Positions 13,787-26,303 of a stretch of 64,000 nt of DNA are shown here, piece after piece. Both the position numbers and the translations under genes were made by a program. The stretch comes from Zygnema circumcarinatum SAG 698-1b (taxonomy: Eukaryota; Plantae; Zygnematophyceae): contig CM074811.1 of NCBI GenBank assembly GCA_037447605.1, positions 1,984,001 to 2,048,000 of the forward strand, given 5' to 3'. The first letter of the stretch is position 1. Every line of letters begins with the position of its first letter. A model generated the notes under the pieces. The model was given only the letters and a program-made list of their open reading frames with translations. It was not told the DNA's origin and did no database searches.

Positions 13787-16700
13787 TGGCCGACGCAGGG
13801 GCGGCTTCGCGGCTGCGCTCTATTCAGGTCGGCTGCTCCTCCCTCCCTCCCTCCCTCCCTCGTACACCCAGGCCGCTGCAGCAGCCTGGCTTCTTTCTGG
13901 CGATTCTCCAGGACTTTTTGAAGCTCGCAACCACTGCTGAAGGCGCTATTTTCCAGCAGCTAGCTGGAATAAAATTGAGTCGTAAAAGTAGTCAAGCTCA
14001 CAAGCGTTGAAAGTTCGTGTGTTTGGACACCGGCGAGTTTCATATTTGACGACATGCATTCCTGAAACCTGCATACGCCGCAGTATTTTTTTTTCTGGAG
14101 CGCAACACGCTTGCATTTGGTTAAAAATGATTATCCCTGAAGTTATGCAGCTACTCGCAGCTGAAAAAGCTCTAAATAGAGACTCGCATGTTTTGCGACG
14201 AAGTAGCGCTCCGTTATCTTTAAGGGGCTCCATTAACTTCATTCAACTGGATGCTCATCTCATAAGACTGGAATAGTGTGAGGAGATTTTAACACTTCTG
14301 GCTTAGCCAATACAATGCCTAAAAGCTCTGCATTCAGCATCAACTCCAGATAGTTTAGGGAATGCATTGCTAGAGCTTTCGAAACGAGCGAACTATGTAA
14401 CAAGGGTTGGGAATGTAGTGAAAACGAGTTCCTCGCTTTGTACCCCCAAGACGCACGCGAGTCACTCGTTAGTCACTTGATAACACCCTTTTTTTAGTAG
14501 ACATATTTAAATATTTAAGTTGAAGACGATGTTGAAACCATCAAGGTACTGCATGTACATTCTTTGATGGTAATCTTCGTATTTAGCGTGTTATTTTTTT
14601 CGTCGTACTTAAGCAGTTTTTCATCTTGCTTATACTCGCCAGCTGCTTGTATAAGCCAGACAGGCGTATGTGTGCGCAAGCAGTTGATACTGGAGCTAGC
14701 CAGATCAGCTATAAACTTGAAAGCATGGACAAGCAGCGTTACATTTAGGAAAAGGAGCAACCTTAGATGCCTTTAAAGGTTGTGGATAACAACTCACATT
14801 CTTGGGGCTGCCTGCAGGAAGAAATAAACGACCTTGAGGAGCGACAGAGCATAAAAAAGGCAGAACGAGAGAAGGCCTTTTTGGATGCTTGCGCACCACT
14901 GTACGAAGTGAGAACAACTTCGATAGAGAGAACCGCTCATGCAGGTTACTGGATGTTTTCATGACTTGATTTAATTCAACCTTGTCGACGAGTTACTATG
15001 AAGTTCCGTCGTTTCTTCTTTCCTTGTTTTACGAGGCATATAATTCTCTTAATCCCTTTGCCAAGAGATAACTCTGTGTTGCATCTATTCGCCTAGGGTG
15101 TTGTCTCACTTCTCTGCCATGGGCTTTGTTTACACCTTTAGAAACGCAGAAAGATTGTGAGGGGAGATGTGGAGCCGACAGAAGAGGAGGACGAACTTCA
15201 CGATGGGGAGGAGATCCACAGTGACGAGGCGAGAGGTGGCTCCAAAGCGACGAAAGGCATTCCGCTTTTTTGGTTGACTGTCCTAAAGAACCAGGTCATT
15301 GGCGTGAATCGCTCATTTGCCTGCCTCTTCTTCTTGAATCACTTTTGTCACAACAATGAAGAAGGTATATCAATGACGTCCATGCATTTTCATATTAGAT
15401 TGCCGCCTCGTTTTTTTCTATGCCTCAATTGTGGCAGACCCGCAGTCAGAAAAAGTGTGTTTGAATAGTAATGTTTTCGCACGTGTCCCGTCAGAAACAT
15501 TACGAGGTTTGCAATCCCACCGGCACACATTCTTACTATGGGCGGCGCCTTCCTGACGCCCCTCAAATTGCTATCTCTAGCTGCAATTTTTGCTATCACA
15601 GCTCTAATATATGGCTTGCAATTCCACCATCTTGTATTGTGCGCGTTCCTACACTATGATTTCTTACCCTGAATGCAACTTTTATCTGCTTCTGGTGCTT
15701 GTACAAGTTTATTTGCCGCTTCATATCCCACCTACCCATGAAGCATTTTCTTTGCTTGCACTGGCAACAAAATCTCAAGCTTTGGATCAATGAGAACCTT
15801 TGTTAGGTATCGTTGTTGAGAACCTGCTGTGCATTCCAAGTGGCCTCGCAGAAGGCCATCTACATTGCGGCCTAACCTATCTCCAAAATGCTGTTCTTTG
15901 GAACTTCCCTGGACTCCTAGAAGGAAAAGGAAAACCCTCATTCACGCATTACTTCGCTATGTTTGGCTCTCCTTGTATGGCGCCCCCACTGCAGGACGTC
16001 ACGTCAGGATACCTCAAAAATAGAGATGATGACGTTTTGGCATATCTCGAAGATATTCGCTGCATGCGTCCAAAATCCAATCCATGGGGGTATGTTGAAC
16101 CTCCATAGGCAGAGACTCCCTTTGGCCAAGTGCATGTTGTCCTTTGCTTAAGCAGGCCAGGGATATTGTACAAATGGGTACTTCTCCAGAAAATAACTAG
16201 CAGAACTCTCTTACCTCGCTGACCCTCAAGTTGGGATGTGAGGAAGTTTTTAAAATGAGCTTTACTTGAGCCTCAGAAGCCAACTCGTAAAATTTTGGAA
16301 GTTGCGAGGAATATGTGATGGGCACTGTATTCTGATCTATGTGTTGCCGGCAAAGATTTTTTTTTTGCCTGCTTCATTCCACTCTTTTTCCGCTGTGGTT
16401 ATCATTGTGTGCAGGTTCCGTGTGGAGTTTATTTTCGCCGTGAACCCGTTTTTCCATGACAGGATGCTTGTGAAGGAGGTCCAACTCCCGTACTCCGGTG
16501 CGCCCATGAGTGAAGCAGCTCTCACAGAGACTCCGCCAATACGGTGGAAAAGTACAGAAAGCAACGTCACTGTCTCTGTGAAGGCCCCTCCGAAATCTGC
16601 AAAGAAGCAGAAGGTAAGGCAGGATTCGCTGTTCTCTCCCACACGTGTCTGCTGCCTCCCTGATTGGCAGCTCAATGATTGGCTTCCAGCTCCCCTGCTG

Positions 16701-18853
16701 TGGGGCCCGTGCAGGGGGGAAAGGGGCGGAAGGAGGAGTATGCTCCTGCAGGGGAAGGGAAGGCAAAGCCCTGCCAGTCGTTCTTCAGCTTCTTCACAGA
16801 GGGAGGCCAAGGGAAGAGGAGAGGTGGGGTAGTCGGTGCTGATGAGGAGGATGAAGGGGAGTTGGACTTTGTGGGAGGAGGAGCCGAGCATGTACAAGTG
16901 CCGGCAGATCATTGGGAGGTTCTTATGGCGCTATGGCATGAGGTATGCCCATGCTTCAGGATTGTTGTGTTTGCAATGTTTTGGTTGGGAAGCAAACCAC
17001 GACAGGCGTGCAAATTTGGTGTGATATGTTTTTTTTACGAGGCAGAAGATAACACATCGTTTGGGTAGCAGATCTGTTCTCTTCTTCTTCTGTTCTCACC
17101 TTTTCAGACATATCATGAGAATCTTTTGAATTTGGGATTCCTTCTCCTTCATTCAAGCACTTGTTGGTTCTGCAGATGAGTGTCCTCTATATGTTCTCCC
17201 AAATGTTTTGTGAACCTGCATAGACTATCGGGGGTTTGCTGCTGCAGGTGGTTCCCTCTGCAGTGGAGCTGTTCATCTCGGGCGGCTTTCCCTCGTCCGG
17301 AAATAAGTTGGATGAAGATGACGAGTATGGAGTTGTTGACCCAGATAGCAAAGGGCTGGAGAACTTACCACTACCTATTCAGAGACGAGTCAGGTGAGGG
17401 ATAGTGGCGAGAGAGAGAGGAAGGGAGGGAGGGAGGGAGGGAAGGGGTGACGGGAAGCTGGACTGGTAGAAGGGGGGTAACGACTGATTGGGCGAAAGGC
17501 TTGATCATACAAGTGACTGGTGTATGGTTGTGTGTCAGAATGCAGTTGATGCTCTGCACTACTCGGAATGTGAAACTTTGGTTTGCATACTGAAGAAATT
17601 CTCACATAGCGATGCTGTTAGTACGTTGATGCAGAGCGCTACAGCATTTTCACGCAAAGCAGACAGCCCTTAAGCGGGAATACGTTCAGACCTTGTCTGA
17701 GATAAGTGATGATTTTGAGAGTGATGCCGCTGGCCTCTACGCACAACGAAAAGCCATAGTTTTGGGGAAAGCAGAGAAGAGGTGAGTAAGTCACGCACTA
17801 ACCCAGAGCTATCTGTGCCTGCTGACCTCTGTCCTCTTTCCTTCACTCAATTCTCCACTCCATCTGTTGCATGTCCTTTCTCTCCTCCTCTTTCTTCCCC
17901 CGCATTGTCTTAATAGGACTTCTGCCTTTCCTGTGCTTTTCAGTGGCAATCCCGCCGATATGAATGTGCCTCGGTTTTGGCTTCTTGTTCTCAAAAGCTG
18001 CCCCGCAACAGTGGAGCTACTTCGGCAAAGAGACGAGCTCCTTTTGAGCCATTTGGCAGACATTCGCTGTCGTAAGCGCAAGGAAGGTGCAGGCTTCCAT
18101 ATCGACTTTGAGTTTTTGGGGAATTGCAAGTTGTGGATGGACAACCGAGTGCTGACCAAGACATTCATCTCCGCCTCCGAAGGGGGAGAGTTTCTGCGAA
18201 CGGAGAGCACACCAGTAGTCTGGCAGGAGGATATGCAGGTGACAGTAAAGACAGTTTCGACTGGGAAAGGAACGGGTAAAAACAGGCCATGCCCCAGGTA
18301 AGTCTTTTTTTTCGCTTGCGTATGTAAAGCCAACGGAGCGGGCTTTTGCATATGTGACAGCTTTGAGAGAAGGCATTCGTTGCTACACATTGCAGCCTTT
18401 GTTAGCTTTCTACGAGCACGAGTCACCTCTGTGTTAGCACCCTCCTTTGGAATACTATCGGCCGTAGCCGGAAACCGGCGCTAAAGGCGCCCCTTAGTTC
18501 ATTGTCTTTATGTCTTCTACTCGCAAAGTTGTGACCAGCACCATTGCATGAGCGACTCCATTTTCTTTACCTATAACTGGCTGCAACTGCCTTTCATGCA
18601 GTCCGGTTACTTACTGCTTTTCTGATGGGGTGGAGGTTTCAGCTTTTTCCACTTGTTTGACCAGAAGAGGACTCAGCTTTTGTTTGCTGGCGAGGACACA
18701 GCGCCGCTCTCTGCTGCCGCTCTAAGGGACAGAGAGGCTGAGCTTGGGGCAGCATTGCGGGAAGTTGTCGTTCCTCGAGCCGTTGAACTCTATGAGACTT
18801 CGCAGACATGGGATCATGGGGACGAGGATGAAAGTGACGACGATGATGATGAC

Positions 18854-18884
<31 letters not shown>

Positions 18885-19285
18885 CCGAGGTATGTGGATG
18901 CATACATAAATCAGCAGTCTATGGCATGGCCGGGCTGTGCCGCATTGTATGATTCAGAGATGAGTGTTGCATGTTCCTTTGCAGTAGTGAAGTTGCGCAG
19001 TGTTCCGGAGCACATCTCTTTCTCAAACCCCATCTTTTCATGGTTCGGTCGTTGAATGCGCTTGTGCAGGACGATGAAGATCTGAATGACCCCTCCTCTA
19101 TTGAGAAGAAACTGAAAGCAAGAAAAAAGTCACGGCGGAAGAACAGAGGTGATGATGATGATGATCGCGTGTGCTGCGGTCTGTCTCGCAACGCCGCCAT
19201 GACTCTCCTCCTTCTGCTCGTATTCAGCAGCCAGGTGTTCGCGTACTTCGATTCCATTCTCGCGTTCTTTGGTTATTCAATCTAA
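13786..19285 (+). CDS. Protein with two tandem NAP1 (nucleosome assembly protein) domains, poly-Asp tract, basic patch and C-terminal hydrophobic helix; 638 aa, 11 exons
   Basis: Exons 13786-13827, 14818-14907, 15142-15294, 15995-16089, 16415-16613, 16715-16942, 17248-17393, 17635-17781, 17944-18297, 18643-18889, 19070-19285 join in phase (1917 nt). NAP motifs occur twice: PLYEKRRKIVRG/GIPLFWLTVLKN/YLEDI/NPFF/CQSFFSFF/VVPSAVELF and LYAQRKAIVLG/VPRFWLLVLK/HLADI/CPSFFHLF/VVPRAVELY. Confidence 0.88.
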
Positions 19286-19789
19286 ACTCAGCCATGCGGC
19301 GGCCTCACATCATAGTGCGCGCTGAGCGCTCAATCTAAGGGCTATTTCTCTGTCCTATTTTTTCGTGAAGGAATTTTTGTGCTGTGGAACAAAGATGTGG
19401 CCAAGTGATGGTTTGTAAAGTTTCAAAAATGAAAATAAAATGTCGTCAGTTTTCACTCGGGTTTGTGTGTCGTTTGGAAGATCTAACGGCCGTTGGCCCG
19501 TAATCTCACACGCGGTTATCCAGCCGTCAGCATGCCAGTCGTGCGCACGTGGTATATCCAACGGTCGATAAACTTGAGATCTCGCACGCGTCTATCCAAC
19601 GGTCAGTCTCCAGATGTGGCACGTGTGGCATATGCAGTACGGTAGGTGGTTTTTTAACCCGAAAATCCGCTGCGTCGACTGTAAACTGGTCTGAATATTG
19701 TCGGTCCACTCCAAAATTTTTAAGAGCAGGAAAATTTCTGAAGTTTTGAAGAGAAATTTGAATTTTTAATCGTGCAGTGCACAGAACTT

Positions 19790-20580
19790 AATCTCCAAAC
19801 CGGAGACCCAAACTCTCAACCTTAAACCCTAGATCTCAAACTTGAAACCCCATATACCCTTTACCCTATAGGGTTTAGGGTTTAGGGTTTAGAGTTTAGG
19901 GTTTTCCCTAAACCTCAAATTCCATTTCAAATTCTAAACCCTGAATCTGAATCCTGAACCCTTCAAAACTTTAAACCTGAAACCCTGACCCCAAAACCGA
20001 AATTCCACCTCCGAACCTTCAATTCTAAACCCTAAACCCAAAGGTAAAGAGTATATGAATAAACCCTTAACTCTAACTCTTAATCTTTAACTCCTAAACA
20101 ATGAATCCAAAACCCTAAACCTTTAACTTCCACCCTAACTCCCAAACCCTAAGGTCGTAAGATTTTTTTAGCAAAATGAAAAGCGACAAACGATTGGTGT
20201 GCACCAGAAACAATCTCGTGTTTGTGCAAAGTACAAGAACCGGAGAAATAAAAAAAGAGAAATCCTCAATTCGTGAGTGCTCTCCATTGTTATGCAAACT
20301 CAACCGCAGGCTAAAAGTTTTTGCTGTGTATCGCAGTGCATCGTATCGTATCTCGAAATTTCACATCATGTCGAAACGAACTATATCGTATCGCCAAGTA
20401 TCACATCGCCTTGTATCGTCTTGCTCACTTACCCTAAACCCTAACCATCAATCCTACATATCGTATCGTATCGTGTCGGCAAGTATCACATCGCCTTGTA
20501 TCGTCTTGCTCACTAAACTTTAGACCCTAAACCCTAAACCATCAACCCTACATATCGTATCGTATCGTGTCATATCGTTC
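19790..20580. repeat. Degenerate interstitial telomeric repeats (CCCTAAA/TTTAGGG) with TCGTA pentamer tracts and a ~90-bp direct duplication
   Basis: gggtttagggtttagggtttagagtttaggg at 19871-19901, flanked by many aaaccct variants. caagtatcacatcgccttgtatcgtcttgctcact...ccctaaaccctaa..catcaa.cctacatatcgtatcgtatcgtgtc occurs twice (~20395 and ~20480). Confidence 0.75.
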
Positions 20581-21043
20581 CATGTCAAATCGTATGGTAT
20601 TTCGCATATCCCGTCGTGAAAGGATGTATTTGCACTCGGGAGAAATCTCAATGTGAAGACAGCCAGAAACGAGGATACAGACATTCACTAATTTCTTCAG
20701 TGCTACTTTTGTACACGGAATGGTAGTGAATCAACACAAACAAGAAACAGAAAATGATTGATTCAGAAGGAAAACAATTTTTAGAAGTGGTCTGTCTGAG
20801 AGAGTGTTTGCACATGAGCGCTCTTCCCGCAGGGAGAGAAAGAATAGAGTGAAAATCATCAATGACACGGATCCAATAGACTTAAAAAATCCTAAAACCC
20901 CTTTTTACAGCCGAATAGGTTTTCTAAAAACCCATTCATACCCCCACCCTCTCCCTTTTTTTTTATAATATTTCCAGCCCCAGCGAGTCTTTAGGGTTTC
21001 GTAGAGTCCCCCACTCCAATTAACAGAGAGACGAGGTGTCATT

Positions 21044-24000
21044 TCACGCCACAGGAACCTCCGCCATGGATGCGGCACTCTCCTCCGCCGACTTCTGAGC
21101 GAAGCCACTCTCCATCGGCGCCAGTTTTGCAGCGGCAGCCATGGCGACTGCGTTCATCGCGCTTATCTGCTCGTCCTTTATCTGCTCATGGAACATGGGA
21201 CACACGAAATGCGGCAAAAGGTGAGGTCAGTAACTCTCTACAGTGACTGCAGCACAAAAGCAGGGATCCAAGTGAGGTTCCTGCTTGGCTAAGTAAGGGG
21301 CCAAGTTGGTAGTAGTGGTGTTTTTAGGGCACTTTTTAACTGCAGAGGAAGCAAGAGTAATTCACACCTTGAGCATGGCCGCGAGGTCGGCTCCGTCGTC
21401 GAGGGCCTGGAGGTCTCCGATCGTGATTGTCTGCAACACATCGAGGCCACACATTACTGAAAAATCGCTTTGGAACCAGAGGAGGTGCCTAAATGCCTCC
21501 AAACAAGAAGCTGCCTTGTGTGTAAAAATGGCATGTAGCTCGTCTCCAGATGTACCTGAAGCTGCTCGGGCTCCAAGACTATTTTCCGGCGGTGTTCAAT
21601 GAGTTCGATGATGTCGATTCCGGTCATGGACGTTAAGCCCAAAGCCACAAGATCCTCTTCCGGTTTCAGTTCCTGCCCCTGCAGATCACAATACGATCAA
21701 GATTAGTGCGCAGATAAGTTCCATCCTATCGACTTCAGGCTCAAAGTCCCCCTTACCCTCCCCTCCCCCATTACCTGACGAACCTGACCTGGGATTCGGA
21801 AGCTGGGGAAAAGTTACCATATAAGACCTGCGTATCTCAATCTGCTACTTGCAGCTTCATGAACGCACTAATGGGTAGGTGTAGGAACCTGAATTCCCAT
21901 CATGGTAGTCACAGCTTCCAGAAATGTTTTGCCATCCCATTTCTCTGCACCCTTGTCCACTTCTGCTTCCTGTGGCAGGGAGGCATCAGATTTAGCGGAT
22001 TCGAGGGCCGATTCCTGCAGCATTTTTTCCTCAATTGCTTGTAGTTCAGAGGTGTTAAGGCTAACGCTTTGCTCGGGAGCCGAAGACAACTCTTCTTCTT
22101 CGGCTGCCTCAGCCTTCCTGCGTTCTTCCTGCCGCCAGCAATTCACGTTCCAAGTGTCAAGAGACAATTCTACTTACAGATATTTGAATAGTTCGTGGGC
22201 TTCGTTGGTGGTAGTAAACGTTGCAATGTGGATATAATAATATTACGAGATTTGTATATAATGTCTACAGCCTGGCAGAGAGAAACCTGTAGTGCAGCGG
22301 CGTTGAGAGAGCAGCAGTCCTTGTTAAGAATCTTAAGCGCGCCAAGCGTCAACTTTGAGCTTGTCTCCTTCCGCCGAATCTTCCCGCTTGTCGTCTTGGG
22401 AATCTGTTCAAGCCGAAATCCAAATTAAACTCCTCCCACCTGGCAGTCCTATTGTCATTCACTCCCTCCTCAGACATGAGAAATCAGCTCAAAATGCAGG
22501 GGGGGGACAAACCGTGCGTGGAGCGATGAGAGCGATTGTGCTGGGAACAATTCCATGGCCGCCCACCACCGCCTTCCGGATGTCGGCGGTGACGGCGGCG
22601 AGCTCGCCCGCAGTGAGTCCCGCGGACCGCACTTCGGCGACGATGGCGACCGTCTCCTCCTCCGAGGGGGCGCCCGCGCCTGCTTTGATGGCGAATGCGG
22701 CCACGCATCCAGCGCGGACATGCTCGGATGCCACCTCCGCTGTTCTCTCAACGTCCTGCCACAGGAGGAAGGGAGTGGGAGGGGGAGAGGGAGAGGGAGA
22801 GGGAGAGGGAGAGGGAGAGGTGACCAATATTAAACCAAACGAGGACTGCTCCAACTAATGTGCGAATTCTCACCCTTTCACGAAGGAAAGGATGAAAGAC
22901 AGGAGGAAGGGAGAGGGAGAGGGAGAGGGAGAGGGAGAGAGTTAGTCACATTAGTTGGACTGCTCCAACAAAGGAAAGGAAAGGATGAAAGTACCTGTGG
23001 GTAGTAGTTCCTTCCGCGGATGATGATGAGGTCCTTGATGCGTCCAGTCACAAACATCTCACCCTCGACAATGATGGCAAGATCGCCCGTTCGAAGGTAC
23101 TCCCCATCGTCAGATCCGGGTGCTCCGGGTGCCATTTTTGCATGAAATGTCTGCGCAATGTAGCTTTTTAGATTTGTAGGCGATACCTATCGTGTAGGTT
23201 TGGAAGCTTTCCAGGCTCTGGTAAGCTACAAGATTTGTCAAATGACAGCCTTAAATGTGTCGCGCACATATTTCCTCATTAACTTGCGAGTTTACTTGCC
23301 AGCAGGAAGTTAAATACTTATCTAAACTTCAGAAGCTAAAATGTCAATGCCCAACACATCCTCTAGAGGAGCTACAATCGGCAAGAGCCGACCTACCTCC
23401 TTGCTGAGCTCCTCCTTCTTCCAGTAGCCGAGGGCCACACTGTGACTGCGCAGCCATATCTCACCCTCCTCTCCCTCCTTACACACAACGTGTGTGTCGG
23501 GGTTCACCAAGGCCATCCGCCCGTCCATCACAAACATCTCCACTTGCCCACTCGAGTGTACTCTGTGACGTTTCTTGCCCTCTCCAATGTATATGACCTG
23601 CCAAACACAATAATCAGTAAAGGCCCTCCAATTAGAAACATCTTCTTCTCACTCGCGAGCTTCTTGCGGATGATTGGCTTGCTCGGAAGACCGATAGGGG
23701 CTGGCTAACTGGCTAGCTGGCTAGCTGGCTGACTGGCTAGCTGGCTGACTGGCTGACTGGCTAGCTGGCTAGCTGGCTGACTGGCTGACTGGCTAGCTGG
23801 CTAGCTGGCTGACTGGCTAGCTGGCTAGCTGGCTAGCTGGCTAGCTGGCTGACTGGCTAGCTGGCTGGTTAGACTGAATGCTCACCTTGCTGCCCCAGGC
23901 CGAGACTCCCACCACATGTTCGGCGAGGCCATAGCAGGGGCACATGGCAGACGGCTGCCAGCCGTACCGTGAAAAGGCGGCATTCCACTTCTCCATGGAT

Positions 24001-26303
24001 TCCGCCCTCACGGGCTCCGCAGCGTTCATGAGGAACTCCAGGGAGCTCAGGTCCAGGCCGTCCGGAGCGTCCTTCTCGGCGTTGAATTTGCGCGTGCAAA
24101 GTTCTAAGGCGAAGTTGGGAGCTGCAGTGTGGGTGATCTGCGTCCAAGTGTCGAAGAGGTCATTTACAACAGAAACTAGGTGGAAAAGCAACACTTGTTT
24201 TAGATGCACTAGAAATTAAGTTCTGGGAGCAATTGTTGCCGGCATTGCACGACGTGTCACGGTGATTGCGAGTCGCTCACTTTGAACCGGCTCATGAACT
24301 GCACCCAAAGCGAGGGCCGTTTGATGAATGTGATTGGCGACATGTAGAACCCGCTCGCTCCTGTGCTGAGCGTGATCATGTACGCCACGATGAGGCCCAG
24401 GTCGTGGTACTGCAGGGAACCCACAGAATTTTTGAGTGTTCAGAAATTACAGTCAGTAACCGCAGATGCGTTCAAAGTTATGGAATAGTGCATGCGCTGA
24501 GAGTGTCCTTATTGAGACGACCGATAGTCACATACCTGTGGAAGCCAGCTCAAGAAGCGGGTATTTTCATCAAAGCGCATTGCTCTGCACAAGGCAGAGA
24601 CACGAGATGAGCCGTGTTTGTAACTAAATCACGACCAATCGAGGAATTATGTACCCTTACAAGGTGAACCCCCCCCCCAGGCAGTGCCGGATCCAGTTTT
24701 TTTGTTGAGGGGGGCCTTAGCCCTCTTTCAGCATAAAATACATAAGAAAATAAAAAAAATTCTAAACCTGAGGGGAGACTACCCTCTTTCAGCATAAAAC
24801 ACAAAAGATAAGGTTGTGAAAAGTTCATTTTTAAAACCTGAGGGGGGGTCTAAGCCCCTCCAACTTGTATATGTAGGTCCGCCCCTGTCCTGCCAGGAAA
24901 ACACACCTTGGTAACTTGGTGAGGTGGTGGCCAATGTTGGAGTGCGCTACCATGACTCCCTTGGGGTCCGCAGTAGAGCCCGACGTGTACTGGAGAAAGG
25001 CTACCGGGCTTGCAGGCGGCGGAAAGATCCTCGCCATGGGCTTTGAGAATGGCTGCACATCTCACACTTGAAGTCAGCCTCATGAAGGATTGTAGTGAAA
25101 ACCTGCCGGCCCAAGGTGGGACAGAAATTCATGGGGAGGTACACAAAAGGTGGGGTTGTAGGGTTTTTAGGGTTGCGAAGACTTTTAAATTTAAAAAAAA
25201 ATTGTAGATTATGTGCATTAATAGCACCAAGTTCGCTCGGTTATCTAAAGGTGTATTATTTTCTGTAATAGAATTAGCAAGGATTACCTTGATTCCATCC
25301 GTTGTTTTCCAGACTTCTCCCGGCCATCGGATGCAGCGTACATATGACATGAGGACCACATTGTAGTAGCTGCGACATACATCACGGGGAAATAGGCGGT
25401 TCAATGTTCTGAGCAGCATGCATGGGAACATTCCACCCGCTAGCTTAAGCAGGGTTCGCAGAAATCGCATTGCTCGAGAAACTACCGCGGCAAACTAACC
25501 GCGTATTGAGAGCTTACTGGAGAGTAGCCTCTTATTAAAAATGTAAGCCACCTATGGAAGTTAAGGTGGGGGCATGTATGCGCAGACCTTTTGCTTGTAA
25601 GGACAAGTTTGGCCTCCGAGTCCGCGACCAGCCTCGTCAGCTTAGGAAGATCTTTGGTGAGGTCGTTTGGATTTGGAGGATACGACGGCACCGCGATGGC
25701 TCCTGCAATCAAACGATTGGCTGAGCCACAGGTGGGAGCTGCCTCCAATGCATTGACGACGTCAAGGACGCGAAAATATTGAAGGAAGAAGAAAATTCGT
25801 ATTCGTATTTCGACGTATTCGTAGAGCACATACCTGCGTGCAGGCAGGCCACGAAAGCTACAAGAAACTCGAGGCCGGGCGGGTACACAAGAACCACTCG
25901 GTCTCCGTTCTTCACTTTCCATGAGTCCAGCATGGTCGCCGCGATGGCGCGCGACTTCGCATCAAACTGTGGAGATCAGATAAAAGATGGGGTTTGAATA
26001 TGTTCTGTATTGAGATCTTACATGAGATGGAGAATCGTGGCACGTCAACGCATAAAAAAAACTCACCTCTGCGTACGTGAAGCTCTGTGAAATTTGCCCG
26101 TTCTCCTCCACCCATGAAAGAGCAGGCTTTGACGGGTACTTCTGAACAGACTCCTCCAAAAACTGAAAAAAATTCTTCACCTCCTCTGTTTCCCACTTCA
26201 ATCGCACCTCAAACGGCGGCACAGTGAACTTGCGTGGATGGGGTACGTCACACGGACCGGGAAATGTCTTGAACTTGCCATTCTTTGTTTCCATTTCCGC
26301 CAT
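21044..26303 (-). CDS. Fatty acyl-AMP ligase (FAAL)-like adenylation domain fused to a C-terminal acyl carrier protein domain, multi-exon
   Basis: GDRVVLVYPPGLEFLVAFVACL, AFLQYTSGSTADPKGVMV, SWLPQYHDLGLI, APNFALELC, NAAEPV, PCYGLAEH, GEIWLRSHSVALGYW, LRTGDL, GRIKDLIIIRGRNYYPQDVE, IPKTTSGKIRR. An acidic linker follows, then EEDLVALGLTSMTGIDIIELIE...TITIGDL (ACP; Ser codon 21628-21630). TGA at 21044. Confidence 0.9.
23700..23870. repeat. Intronic compound microsatellite (CTGG-CTAG/CTGA octamer units)
   Basis: About 20 copies of ctggctag/ctggctga just inside an intron of the FAAL gene. Confidence 0.9.
24682..24887. mobile_element. Possible small non-autonomous DNA transposon (MITE-like) in a FAAL intron
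   Basis: Imperfect terminal inverted repeats cagtgccggatc ... ggtccgcccctg. Internal direct repeats ccctctttcagcataaaa x2 and aaacctgagggg x2. No clean TSD. Confidence 0.45.

Noticed and set aside
6366-26303. FPS + NAP + FAAL-ACP as a biosynthetic or prenylation cluster
   Set aside because: No tailoring enzymes, and the NAP protein lacks a CaaX box; adjacency is likely chance
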